Source: the human T2T-CHM13v2.0 reference genome, Homo sapiens. Taken from it: DNA of 64,000 bases. Under the pieces are notes generated by a model that ran no database searches, was not told where the DNA came from, and saw nothing but the letters and a program-made list of their open reading frames with translations. The translations under genes and the position numbers were made by a program. The stretch lies in NCBI RefSeq assembly GCF_009914755.1, contig NC_060926.1; one strand, written 5' to 3'. Shown here piece after piece: positions 30,640 to 44,370 of the stretch. The first letter of the stretch is position 1; the number at the start of each line of letters is the position of its first letter.

Positions 30640-33150
30640 TGCATCGATAACCTCTTTGCCAGGGGTGAGTGGGACATAGTAATCTGTGATATGCAGTGTC
30701 ATCACAGTTATTCAGATTATTGCCAATGGCATCATGGAATGAAGTGCAGGTAGAGGACAAGGCCTTGAGAGATGAAGTGTCTGAGGCACTTAAGTCAGTA
30801 TGACAACAATAATGATTATTAAAACTGAGGCCACCTGTTTCTTATAGCCCTCTTGAGCATATTTTGGGAATAGGAGAAATAAAAGTTAAGAGCATACAAT
30901 TAAGACAGGCATGGAGAACCAGAAGGCCTCCATGGTAGCTTTGAAGGAGTCCCTTATCTCTTGGAATCACAGAGCAGGTAAGGGTGAGGAGCCTCTGGTA
31001 GACACATTCTTCTACCACCTACCTGGTAACAGGTTGACTATATTCAGTCTCTTGTCATGGAGGGTACAATGCTTTGTCCTCACGGGATATATTATGGATA
31101 TGGATTTGCCTTCCCTGAACTCAGGGCTTCTGATGGCACACTGTAGATTTTATGGATGGACTTCTCCATCACCATGGAATACCATCCAACTTCATTTTAA
31201 CAAGGAGATGCATTTTTTTGGTAAATGGGCATGTGGGCAATGGGCCCATGCGTGCAGACTTGACAAATTTTACCATACGGTCCATCACCCAGAAGCAGCT
31301 GGCTTTTTAGGTGGCATGACCTGCTAAAGACTGGTTATGGCACAAGTTGGAGACAGCGTTGTTGCGGGAAGTCAGGGACCCTGAACCGAGGAACCAGCTG
31401 GAGCCACAGCAGAGGAACATAAATTGTGAAGATTTCATGGACATTTATCAGTTCCCAAAATTAATACTTTTATAATTTCTTAAACCTGTCTTTACTACAG
31501 TCTCTGAACATAAATTGTGAAGATCTCATGGACATTTATCAGTTACCAAATAATAGTCTTATAATTTCCTATGCCTGTCTTTACTCTCCTAATCCTGTTA
31601 CCTTCGTAAGCTGAGAATGTATGTCACCTCAGGACCACTATTGTACAAATTGATTGTAGAACGTGTGTTTGAGCAATATGAAATCTGATTGTAAAACATG
31701 GGTGTTTGAACAATATGAAATCAATGCACCTTGAAAACAAACAATAACAGCGATTTTAAGGAACAAGGGAAGACAACCATAAGGTCTGCTGACTGCCTGT
31801 GGGGTTGGGCAGAATAGAGCCGTATTTTTCTTCTTGCAGAGAGCCTGTAAATGCGTGTGCAAGTAGGAGAGAGATCGCTAAATTCTTCTCCTAGCAAGGA
31901 ATACTAAATATCAAGACCCTAGGAAAAAAATTGCATTCCTTGGGGGGGAGGTGTATAAACGGCCGCTCTGGGAGTGTCTGTCTGATGCAGTTGAGAAAAG
32001 GACTGAAATACGCCCTGGTCTCCTGCAGTACCCTCAGGCTTATTAGGGTGGGGGAAAAAATCCCGCCCTGGTGAATTTGAGGTCAGACCGGTTCTCTGCT
32101 CTCGAACCCTGTTTGCTGTTGTTTAAGATGTTTATCAAGACAATACATGCACAGCCCAACATAGACCCTCATCAGTAATTCTAATTTTGCCCTTGTCTTG
32201 TGATCTTTGCCTTGCCCTTTGCCTTGTGATCTTTATTGGCCTCAGAAGCATGTGAACTTTGGTCTCCTTTTTTGCCCTTTGAAGCATGTGATCTTTGTGA
32301 CCTAATCCCTGTTTGTACACCCCTTCCCGTTTTGAAATCCCTAATAAAAACTTGCTGGTTTTGCGGCTCAGGGGGCATCATGGTCCTACCGATATGTGAT
32401 GTCACCCCCAGAGGCCCAGCTGTAAAATTCCTCTCTTTGTACTCTTTTATTTCTCAGCTGGCTAACACTTAGGGAAAATAGAACCTACGTTGAAATATTG
32501 GAGGCGGGTTCCCCCGATACAGCATCCTAAGAAATGTAGCTGTTATCCTATGGAAACTTTATGTGCCTTAAAACAGAGGCCAACAATGTGGTGCTAGCTC
32601 TCCCATGGCTAGAACTTAAGGGTTTAGGAACCAAGAAGTAGAGGTGAGAGTGCCCCCTCTCCCTATTAGACCTACTGACCCACTTGTAGGATTTTAGTTC
32701 CCATCTCTGTGATCTTGGCCTCAGTATTTTGGAAGCCCAAGTGCTCAAGAGAGGAATTCATATACCAGGAAATAAGAACGTGACTCTAATGAACTGGGAG
32801 CTGAGACTGCCCTCTCACCTTTCGGAGTTCCTCATGCCAATAAACCAATAGGAAAAGGATCACTGTGCCTAATGGGAATGATCTGTTTACCAGGGGGAAA
32901 TTGAATTGCTGCTACACAGTGGGGACAAGAAGAACTGTTCAGAACCCAGGAAATTCATGGGAGCGCCCCTTAGGTCTCTCCTGCCCTATAGTCCTGGTCA
33001 ATGGAAAACTGACAATCCAGTAAAGATAATCCCACCAAGGACTCCAGTCTGCCTAGCCTTCATGCTGGCAGAGGGTGAGAGAAACATAAGTGGAAAGATT
33101 TAACTCAGATTCCCGACATAGGCCTTGCCACCAGCTACAGAAGTGGAGAC
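30640..33150 (+). mobile_element. Degenerate ERVL internal sequence (integrase relic), interrupted by a MER11 LTR
   Basis: 31020-31310 resembles ERVL integrase WQVDYIGPLPSWKGQRFVLTGIDTYSGYGFAFP...HHGIP...HHPEAAG, with frameshifts. Confidence 0.75.
31360..32519 (+). mobile_element. MER11 solo LTR (HERV-K11/HML-8), ~1160 bp
   Basis: Starts tgttgcgggaagtcagggacc and ends gggttcccccgata. AATAAA at ~32343. 6-bp TSD cagcgt/cagcat. Confidence 0.88.
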
Positions 33151-33399
33151 TACAGCAGCCTTGTGTGGTGATTGTTGTTTTTAATCTCGTTCCCCTCCAT
33201 TATATGCTGGATGACACAAACTCAGGATGCTCTGACAAGTACCCACCCTAAAACTACTGAGGAGGGTTGAATATGGGTAAAGATTGACCTCAGAGCCTAG
33301 GCTATAGGCTTGAAGGGGATCACACTGGAGGGGAAGGTATTCTTAAATGTCAGGGATGTCAGTAGGATCTGATTTCTGGATCAGACGACTGGGTAATGA

Positions 33400-34130
33400 T
33401 TGGGCAAAGGAGCACGGCTACTGTGAACGACTGGCTGAGTATGAAAGACTGTACCCTGCTTTATCCGGTAGTCTCAGCAGGACCTTTATAAAGCTCAGTT
33501 CTGTTTTTCTCAAGTGGAATAATGAAGAACCTCAAGAAGTGTTCCTCAGCTGGCCCTATAAAAAGAAAGCTCTTAGGAAGGCCAGGGATTTGCTAATGTC
33601 AAGGAATTAAGTGGGTTCCCTGAGTTCTGGGGAGCCTGGTTAATAGGGCATGTTGTGGAAAGACAGAGCCCCACCAAAGTGGCAGGATTTGAGCCTTGAA
33701 AACTTTACATGGCTCTGGCAGCATTCATCCCAAAGATGATTATCCCCAGGTTTCCTGCTGCATCTGCTTCTCCAACAAGTTCTTCCTTGTTGGTCAGGAT
33801 TAGGTTCTAAGAGATCCCTTCTCTCAATTCATCTTCTTAGAGATGGAATTGTCCCTAAAATAAGTCGACATTACCAGATGCATATCTTTGAGCTAATGTA
33901 ACTTCCCCAAGTGTCCAGAGAGTGGAAGTCTCTCACCACCTCGGCTTGCCCATGCACCTCCATTGATCATACTCTTCAGATTATCTCTCCTTTCATCCTC
34001 AACTAGAGCCTATCTTGCATGAGTCTTGGTAAGGATTTCCATGCAGGCATATGTCTTCTTGATCTGCAGAACTCTCTTCTCCCTGGTAGTAACTCTTCTT
34101 TGAACAAGAAGTATCTTTCACCATTTCAAT
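33400..34130 (-). mobile_element. CR1/L3 LINE ORF2 endonuclease relic
   Basis: Minus-strand translation LILTNKEELVGEADAAGNLG resembles CR1 LDLILTNKEELVGEV..G.LG.SDH; upstream YFLFK...QIKKTYACMEI. Confidence 0.65.
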
Positions 34131-34249
34131 ACCTCTGTTGTTCAAACCTCAAATGATTCCAACATTTTATAGATATCAGAGATCATAAACATTATTTGTG
34201 GCTTCATTTCTAAAGTTTTAATCCTATGAAATACTAGTCACACATTCCA

Positions 34250-34460
34250 ATAATAGTAATATTAGCTAATAGTTAGCACCATAATGTATGTAAAGCATTT
34301 CTTTTATGAGGCAGGTATTTCTATAGTTCTCATATTACAGATAAAGAAACCAAGCCGCGAAGGTAAGATCACTTGCCCAAGGCCATACGGCTAGTAGGTA
34401 AAGAAAGCTAAGATGTGAATCCAGGTAGTCTGACTCTAGCGTCATCCTTTTACACTACTG
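34250..34460 (-). mobile_element. MIR SINE
   Basis: ttacagataaagaaacc...cacttgcccaaggccatacggctagtagg...tgaatccaggtagtctgactc. Confidence 0.75.
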
Positions 34461-34689
34461 TCATTGTTCTTGTCTTGTCCTACTGGTCTTACAGTTCTTA
34501 GCTGAATATTATCTTTCCCACTGTCTTCCCCCTGCCTCCCGAGTCCCCCTTTTTTCACTTAAAGCCAGTTTTCAGACAGTCTTCTCAATCATTGTGAAAT
34601 GTACTCCATCCAAATTCAAGAGTGTATTCATCTGGCATTTTAGGTTATGATCCAAAGAGCCAAAGTCTGTTCTTTGACACAACCTAAGT

Positions 34690-34873
34690 CAGTGGTTCCT
34701 GGTTTTTGGTCTGCATAAAAATAAGAGAACTTTTAAAAGCCAGATTCCTGGGCCATTCCCAGAGATTTTGATTGAGTAGGTCTGGGAGTGGAGGGGGACC
34801 CAGATGTCTCCATTTTTTACAAGAAGATTCTGATGCAGGAGATGTTTAGATTGATAGTACTTTAAGAAACACT
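34690..34873. mobile_element. MER5-type hAT MITE (an Alu monomer follows at ~34875-35010)
   Basis: cagtggttc...cagattcctgggcc...gattttgattgagtaggtctggg...tttaagaaacact. Confidence 0.7.
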
Positions 34874-35511
34874 AGGCCAGTCACAGTGGCTCACATCTGT
34901 AATCCCAGCACTTGAGAGGCTGAGGCAGGATTGCTTGAACCCAGGAGTTCAAGACCAGCCTGGGCAACGTGGCAAAACACTGTCTCTGTAAAAAAACAAC
35001 AACAACAGCAAAACACATAAGTCAAATATTCACTTCTCTTGGTGCCCCTTTTCCAAAGTCCTGGCCATCAGCCAAGGGGGAAACAAAGTGAGACATTTGT
35101 TGCCCTCTTAACTCCTAAAGATGTTCTTTAGGCCTTTTCTGGTGATATCTTCCCATGAATCAACAGGAGTCCTTTGGTGTATGAGCTTCAGAAAGCTTTC
35201 TGGCCCCTCTCTGCCCTGAGACATGCAATAGGGACACCCAAACCTGCTCCTTTTGCCTGCATCAGCTCTGCCTGTGCCTTCATTTTGCACCCTACTCGGG
35301 AACCAGCCATCAGCAGCACCTGACTCTTCTCACTGCTGGGGCCTATAACAGGTTTCCTCACATTTGCTAGGATTGCTGCATCCTGGGATGTTGTGGCCTC
35401 TTCCAGAAGATGAGATAACCCCACTTTGGAAAGAAGTCGAACTCCTGTTCTGTTCCTCACTCTTATCACCCTGGTTTGGATCTCCCTCACTTCTCAGAGG
35501 CCTTCTATGTG

Positions 35512-35775
35512 TGTATTACTCAGGGTTCTCCAGAGAAACAACCAATAGGAGGTGTGTGTGTAGAGAGAGAGTAAAATGGAGTAGAAACAGTAAATAAATA
35601 TCTGTTACGAGATTTGACTCATGCTATTATGGAAGCCAAGAAGTCCTACAATATGCCATCTTCATATTGGAGAATCAGAAAAGACCACACGTTGGGAATG
35701 GAGGTGGGGGGTGCCCACCAGGAGCTCAGCTGTGATGTCCGAGAGCAGGAGATGAATGTCCAGCTCAAGAAGAAA
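35512..35775. mobile_element. MLT2-type (ERVL) LTR fragment
   Basis: tgtattactcagggttctccagagaaacaaccaatagga...tgactcatgctattatggaagccaagaagtcc. Confidence 0.75.
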
Positions 35776-36450
35776 GAGTGGCTCTTCTAACAATCGCTGT
35801 GTGTGGAGGCTTTCCTTCGTGCTGTCTAGAGACTCCTCACCCTCTGGACTAAATCCAAAAGGAGGACTGTGCACACAGACTGACCTGTTCACATTAGTCC
35901 CAGAGCTGCGCTCTTGCAGCTCAGCAGATAGGCCGCTCTTCACTCCCTGCTCAAGAGGAGTGAGGGCTTTCAGAAGCCCCTGCACCTTCATGCTGAGCTC
36001 ACTCCTTTCCATTGTATCAGCAGCCATGCCTGAACAAAAAATAGTTTCTATTTATTGAGTGTTTACTGTTTATTATGGTAGATTCTTGGGAAATTGAAAC
36101 TCTCTGACACTACCATTAGTTTTTCTTCTTAGGGGAAGCAGATGAAATGACCAGGCTGTTAACAGGGTCTATGGTCCTTAGCAAGCTTTGCAAAGATCTG
36201 TGGTTTTTACAGAAGACAGAGAACATAGAAATAATGTAGTGTGTTCACATTACCTCTTTGGCGAAAAACCTGTTGTTGTTGTTTTTCTATTTTCTGTTGG
36301 AAAATAGTATCAAACTTGTCCCTTAGTTTCTCAGTGAAATTGGAGAGCCACCTCCCTCCCTTTCGTTTCTGTCCTGAAACAGTAAAGTAGTAAAAGTGGC
36401 CTGAAAACCACCCCTCTTTAACAGTGGTTGGTTGTGTTGACAAAGCCTTG

Positions 36451-36570
36451 GTGTACTCGTTTCCTGTGGCTGCTCTAACCAATTGTCACAACCATGGTGG
36501 CTTAAAAACAACAAATTTATTCTCACAGTTTTGGAGGCCAGAAATTCAAGATCAAAGTGTCATCAGGGCC
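36451..36570. mobile_element. MLT1 (MaLR) LTR fragment
   Basis: gtggcttaaaaacaacaaatttattctcacagttttggaggccagaaattcaagatcaa. Confidence 0.75.
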
Positions 36571-37603
36571 ACAAGAACTTGTTCTTTTATAGCAAGAAAC
36601 AGAACTGTGCTTCATGCTCAGGAGTTGGATGTTGCAGTGAGCTATTTTGCCACCGCACTCCAGCCTGGGTGACAGAGGGAGACTGTCTCTAAAAAAATTA
36701 AAAATAAAAAGAATTGCATTTCAAGTTAACCTAAGTAAAATGTGCAGCGACTCACTATAAAGACACTGGGCATGTTGGTCTGGATCCCTGGCTGCTAGCT
36801 ACAGCAGCCAAGCCTGGATATCTGAAGCAAGAGAGGATTTCAGAAGAGCTTTGGGGGCTAACAGAATGGAGGGAGGTTGGAGAACTTGGCTTTGGTTATG
36901 GACAGGACTCGCACAGCAGGCGCCCTACCTGGTCATTTGCTGTCACACGGCAGCTGCCATGTCTGACTTCCTGAAGCTCAAGAACTTGTTTCAAGTCTTG
37001 GGAGAGAGCATCCAACTGTCTGAGCCTAGGCCACACTGCCCAGTGACACAGAGTGGGAGGCCCTATCTCTAAAGCTTCCAGAAAAAAGGCAGGCACTTCT
37101 GCCCACCAAGAGGGGTGGGAAAAGGATGTTTTAGGAAGAGGGAGATTAAAAGCTGGAAGCCAAAAATGGCAAATATCCACCACAAGGACTATCTCAGCAC
37201 TCACAGGCAGGGAGACTCAAGGAATGAGAGCCAGGAACAACAACCAGAAGGGTCTCTTTCTGGATCTTGTTTTCCCCACCTCACCCCCTACACGTGATCT
37301 CTTTTTCTCTGACTGCGAAACTTTCTCCACTTCATGTGCGGGGCCCCTTCTGAGCCTCCCATTTTATTCATCTCAGCTCCAGCCACACAGAAGCTAGCTT
37401 CTCTCAGTCCCAATTCCACGTTTTTGGGAGAGAGAATGTGATTGATTCAGGTTGGGTAGTCTCAGAGAAAGTGATTCTTTTAAATAGAGAAGATACCCCA
37501 AACATGTCCTACAATTTGGGGGCAGACATGCTCACTAGAGGTTTATTTCTGCACAGACTGGGCTGTGCAGAAAAAGTTTGAAGACAGCCTTCTGTATGAA
37601 TAA

Positions 37604-37926
<323 letters not shown>

Positions 37927-38924
37927 AAACTGGCTCTTTTCAAATCACTGTAGCCACACCATATTTGCAAGCAGCTAGCTGCTTCTTAGGTCCAATTTTA
38001 GCTCTGCCACAGAGCAGGTTCATGTTACTTTATACATCTGAATAGAGCCAAACTGTACTTCTTTAAAAATAGACCATAATTTGGGCTTTCCCTACATCAA
38101 CAGGGCCTCCTGCCCTTCTTCCCAAAGCAATTAAATTTTACTCCCTCCTTGCTATCTTTCTGTAAAATTTGAATCTGAAAAATGCTTGCCACAGACAAGG
38201 TACCAATAAATGTTGGTAAATGAATGAATGACTGAGTCAATCAATCAGTTGCTACATCCGAGCCAAAACTGTTTTCTCCAGCAACACATAATGGCCAAGT
38301 TCTGTAATGGGAAACGTGATTGCTTCACCTGCTCTTGCAGAATTTCCTTTCTTCCTCCTAGCTTTGCCTTACTTTGCGCCATCCCCCTTTTCACAACCTT
38401 GGTCCAAGTCACCATCAACTCTCACTCTGACCCTCTGCTGTAGCTTTTAACTCTTCACTTCCACTCTGATCCCTTGCACTGTATTCTCCAAAGGCAGCCC
38501 AAGGGAGCTTTTGAGAAGTAAATCAGATCCTGCCACTCCTCTGGACTTAGCAGGCCTCAGGCAGCTTCCCCCAGGCCCTGCATGGTGCCCTCCAGCCTGC
38601 CTGCCCCATTCCACAACCCCTTAATCTACACTCCTCTCCTCCCATGGCCTTGACAGAGCGCTTCCTTCTTTCTCTCTGGAATACTCTCTTCCTTGCCCCC
38701 ACCTCAGTCCTGCCCAGTGAACTCCTAGCTGACCTTCAGATCTCATCTCAAATAGCTCTTACTGTCCTGGGCACGCGATGAGGACTCCCTGCTCTCTGTT
38801 CTCACACTCCCACATTTTCTGTCTTTTATGGCACTTACATATTTGTAATGGTATGTGACTGACGTGATTATTCCATAAGTGTCAGTTTCCCTCACTGAAG
38901 TGGAAGCTCTTTGAGGTTAGGGAC

Positions 38925-39325
38925 TCTACTTGTTTGCTAGGGCTGTCATAGCAAAATACTGCAGACTGGGGGGCTTAAATAACAAAAATTTATTTCTCAC
39001 ACTTCTGGAGGCTGGAAGTCCAAGATCAAGGTGTAGTCAGCAGGCTTGGTTTCTTCTGAGGCCTCTCTTCTTGGCTTGCAGATGGCCGCCTTTTCCCTGT
39101 GCCCTTCACATGGCCTTTTCTCTGCGTGCATGCATCCCTGGTTTGTCTGTATCTAAATTTCCTCTTTTTATAAGGGCACTGGTCAGATTGGATGACCCTA
39201 ATGACCTCACTTTAACTTGTTCACCTCTTTAAAGGTGCTATCTCTAAGTAGAATCACATTCCAAGGTACTGGAAGTTGCCTTTCACATAGAAATTTCGAG
39301 AGGACCTAATTCAGCCCATAACACA
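38925..39325. mobile_element. MLT1A-type MaLR solo LTR inserted in an L2 relic (~38170-39420)
   Basis: gctagggctgtcatagcaaaatactgcagactggggggcttaaataac...aattcagcccataaca. Confidence 0.8.
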
Positions 39326-40349
39326 GACTGTGTCACTTGTGCCCACCACTGTGTCCCCACCCAGGACAGTGCCTGACTTATTTTAGGACTTGACACACTC
39401 CCATTAAATGAATGATTGCATTTCAGCTCCCCCCTTCCTCTTCCTCTTCCTCTCCCCACCCCCCACCATACGTTGTGCTAAAGGCAAAGAAAAGAAGGCA
39501 TAGACCACTACAGAAGGACCCTAAGTGACCACAGGAAATGTTTGCTACCCTAATCTTGAAATTACAGACCTTTTTTTGGGGAGTGTTGCTCTCTTCTAGT
39601 ATCTCCCTATGGGGAAAAAAATCAGCCACCTGTCAGCGGCCAGCCCATCCTGCCCTGGGTGTGTCTACTGCCCCCAGGGGCTGCTGTGGGAGTTTTGCTG
39701 ACAGCTGCACACCCATCCAACTGGCCCTCTTTAGAGGGTGAGTCAACAGGCTGCCGGGAGTGTGGATCTATCTGCAGGAAGGCAGTTTAGCAATAGGTAC
39801 TAGAACCTAAAAAAAAGTCATATCCTGTGACCTTACAATCTAATCTGAAGAACTGGGTGGGGGGAGGGGGAGGGCTAAGATGAGTTTATATCTTTTTTAT
39901 TAAAAAGAAACTCCCTTTCTCACTATTATAGTAGAATCTGGGGAGAGCCTAAATGTGAAACAAGAGAAAGTTTGTGAATCTAGTACATTCATATGACAGA
40001 CAATTATATAGCTATTGAAAATAGTGTTTATGAATAATTGTTTAATGATGTAAGATGTTACATGAAAACGTGGGACACAGACTGCATTCTACACTCAGAT
40101 ATATAATAAATACTGCAATTTACATGTGTGTATACATTCAGAGGAGAAAGCCTGGGCTGCCAAATACCCAAATGTTAATATACTATTTTTTCAGAACCAG
40201 AGATTTCTTTCTTTATGCTTTTTGTTTTAAAATGGCATGTGTTGCTTTTAAAGCCAGAAAAAGGGGGCAAAGTTTTTAAGGCAGCTGCCTTGCTTGTCAA
40301 TGAAATTCTCAACTCCAGGCTTCTCTTAGGGAAAGAGGCCTCCCCAGGA

Positions 40350-41200
<851 letters not shown>

Positions 41201-44189
41201 AGAGAGGTGTCTGAATGGCGCTTCTCCTGGAAGCTTCAGCCCAGGTTGGTACTGAGGTAGGCCAGGAAGGTGGGACCAGCATCTCTCCTCTCACCTTTTC
41301 GGGATCTCTGAAAAGAGGTCTTTCTGCGTTGCCGGCGGCGAAGCGCTGTACTGCAGGGCTCTCCTCCTTCTCCCCTGAAGGTCTGGTCCCAGGCCTATTT
41401 ATAACCCAGCTCTCTTCCCGCCCCGATCTGCGCCTGGCTGCTTTCCTGGCCCTTTGCTCTCTCTCAGAGGCTGGCCTGGCAGGCTGGCAGCCACTGGAGG
41501 CGAAGGCACCCTACCCTTGCTTTGCGCACAGGATGGGGGAAATTTAGCAGCTGGGCACAGCTGTCACAGCACCAACCTTTACAGACTTTCTCTGCCCCCA
41601 ACCCCTGCCCCCAACGGACCAGTGGGTGGAGGGAGCGGGGGTCGTATCTGCTTTCTATCATCAGAGTGAGGCCTCCTTGAGCAGGGAAGCCACTCCCTTA
41701 TCAGATTGGGACCTCCTATAGGAGGGCCTTCATAGAGTTATGACTTGACTTTTCCTCCAGGAGCTGAGGGCTGGGCCCTGGCTGCTCTCCAGGAACCCTT
41801 CAGGACCAAGCCAGAGCTAGGATCTACACAGCTGGGTCTTTGGGCTTGGAACCATACTGGGGGAGAAGAACTAGGGGGAAAGAGTGTGAACCTCCCACCC
41901 AGCCTGTGGGTTTTCCTCTCAGCCTCCACTACCTGCCACTCCCCTTCTCCCCAGAGATCTGACTTCTAACTACATCCCAGACTTCCAGAAATCATAGCAT
42001 TAGTTGGTTTCTGGCCATTCAGCACAGTTTCACAAGCTCCTGGATACACCTGTTCACAGACACCATCTGCACATATGATCCCAGGCACATGCACACCCTG
42101 GAGCGTGTGGGACACCTGTGATGTTCCAAGGAATAAAAGCTCCGAAAGCACAGGCCTGTGTCCAGCTCAGCATGAGCAAGGGATCATGTCATGAGTACCT
42201 TCTCTTGGGTATGAGATTCAGGGCTTCTGGATTTGTTGGACCAGAGCAGAGCTTGAGGAGGAGTTGCTGAATGGTCCTGAGGCCTGGAAAGCAGTGTACA
42301 CCAAGAGTGGGGACCAAGGGGGTGGCTGTGGCACTCCAGCTGTGCTTTTTTTCCTAACGTGCTGCTTTGATCTGCTCTCAATCAGTTTCCCACGTGGCCT
42401 CCGGAAATGAGCTTTATCCAGGTGTTTCCAGCAGGGAGGACATGGGAGTCTTTCATGCTTCCTCTCCGCATCCTCAGCTCTGGGCAGGCCAGGTCAGTGG
42501 CCCTGTTCAGCAGCCTGGCTGAGGGCTCTGGGCTCCTGGTGCACAACTCCAGGGGGCACCATTCATACTGTAAATAGCCCCTTGGTGGAGGGGAGGGAGG
42601 ACAGGCACTCTGTGGGTGAAGCAGCCTCCTCCCACGCCAGCACCTCTTCCCCATTTATAGCCCCTGAACCTGGGGGCTGGTGCTCCAAATGTACACTCAG
42701 CTGCAGCAGCCCCTGCTGTCAGGGGCTTTGTTTCTGGCTTCCACTGAGCCTGAACCAGATTTTCTTCCACCTTCCCTGACCACATGCCCCCTCTGCACCC
42801 CCATACACTCAATACACTAGGCTTCTACCTCATGGTCCCTCACCCAGGCTAGGCTCAGACCTCTGGTTGGAGAAAGGAAAGAATGAATAATAAATGGCAG
42901 GCACTTTCTAACCCCAGAAGTGCAGGAAGTGCTGCTGGTGTGGCTTTTCTTTTGTTATTTCAGCCCCAAGGGCCTGTGTGTGGAGCAGCTCCCCCCATCC
43001 TGCATCCTCCCATTTACACATCCCTGGCTGAATCCTCTCCCCACCCCCATCTGCTTTTTGCCTGCTGCCTGGCTCTTCGGGGTAGGCTCCCCCTTTCCAG
43101 GGCCCAGAGCACACAGCTCACCTTGGGGAAAGGAAGTACATTTTCTGTGCCAATCCGTCATGAGCCCCTGAGCCTAGGAAGAGACTGGCTGGAGCCCCCA
43201 CCCCTGGTCATCACTGAAACCGCCAGGCAGTCCTGGGGAATGCAGTCCCTCCCCTCCCCCAGCCCCTGGCCACATTTCACGTCCTGCATTAGCCAAGCTC
43301 CTAACCCATGTCCAAATTTGGCCTCCCTGTGACATTCAGGCCTGCTCGCTCTCCTTCTCCCTGGCAGGGTCAGCTTGGTGAATGATTACACAGAAGACTT
43401 CGGTCTCAGGGATGCAGCTCAAAGCAAAACACCAGTCTGGGAAGCCTTCCCTCCCCAGCTGGGCTGGGTCTGCTCTTCCCAGACTCTATCTGTTGTCCCA
43501 TAAAGCCCCTCCTTTGGTTACATGATTATAATACCCTGTAGCCACACTTCACAGCCCCTTTGTGCATGTATACATTCATTGCAAGCTCACAGAAGCTTTG
43601 TGAGGTAGAGGGCAAAGATATTATCCCCCCTTAAAGATAAGGATATTGGCCCAGAGAAGTGAAGGAGCCTGGCCAAGGTCACATAGTGGCCACAGCATCC
43701 CCACCCCCAACCCCTCATCAGTGCCCTCTGTTGTTCTCAGTATCCTTGGTGCATGAATAAGAAAGTGCTCTGGAGAGCATACCATATGCTGCCCACACCC
43801 AGGGCACCAGGGCACTCGGACCTGAGCCAGCCAGGGAGGGTGGTGCCTGGGGTCCCCAGCAAGAAGCTGAGTCAGAGTAGGGGGAGTGCAGGGCTGCAGG
43901 AGCATGGTGTGAAACAATTGACCAAAAGATGGAGGATTCTGGGGTTTCAAATGCGTGTTCCTCACAAACAGAGGGAATGGACATTTGCTAAGCACAAAAG
44001 CATACCATTGTCAGGTGGTGTTTCTTGAAAATCCCACCAACAGTCCTATGAAAGAGATCTATTTAACTGACACCATGCTTATTTTAAGGCAGATACTGTT
44101 CTAACTAGAACATTAATAGAAGCTACATCATGACCCGGTTATAATTTGTACCAGGTCCTTATATGTAGACATATACACCTCAGTCCTCT

Positions 44190-44370
44190 TAGCAAGCATA
44201 TGTGGTAGCAACTGTCATCACTCCCATTCTACAGATAAGGAAACTGAGGCATGAAGAGGTTAAGTAAGTTGCCTGAGGTTATACACTGGTAAGTAGTGGG
44301 GTTATGATTTGAGTCTAAGTATCTGGCTCCTGAGCCCCCACAATATCCCCAGCTTTAACCACTCTGCTAT
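44190..44370 (-). mobile_element. MIR SINE
   Basis: cccattctacagataaggaaactgaggcatgaagaggttaagtaagttgcctgaggttatacac. Confidence 0.8.
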
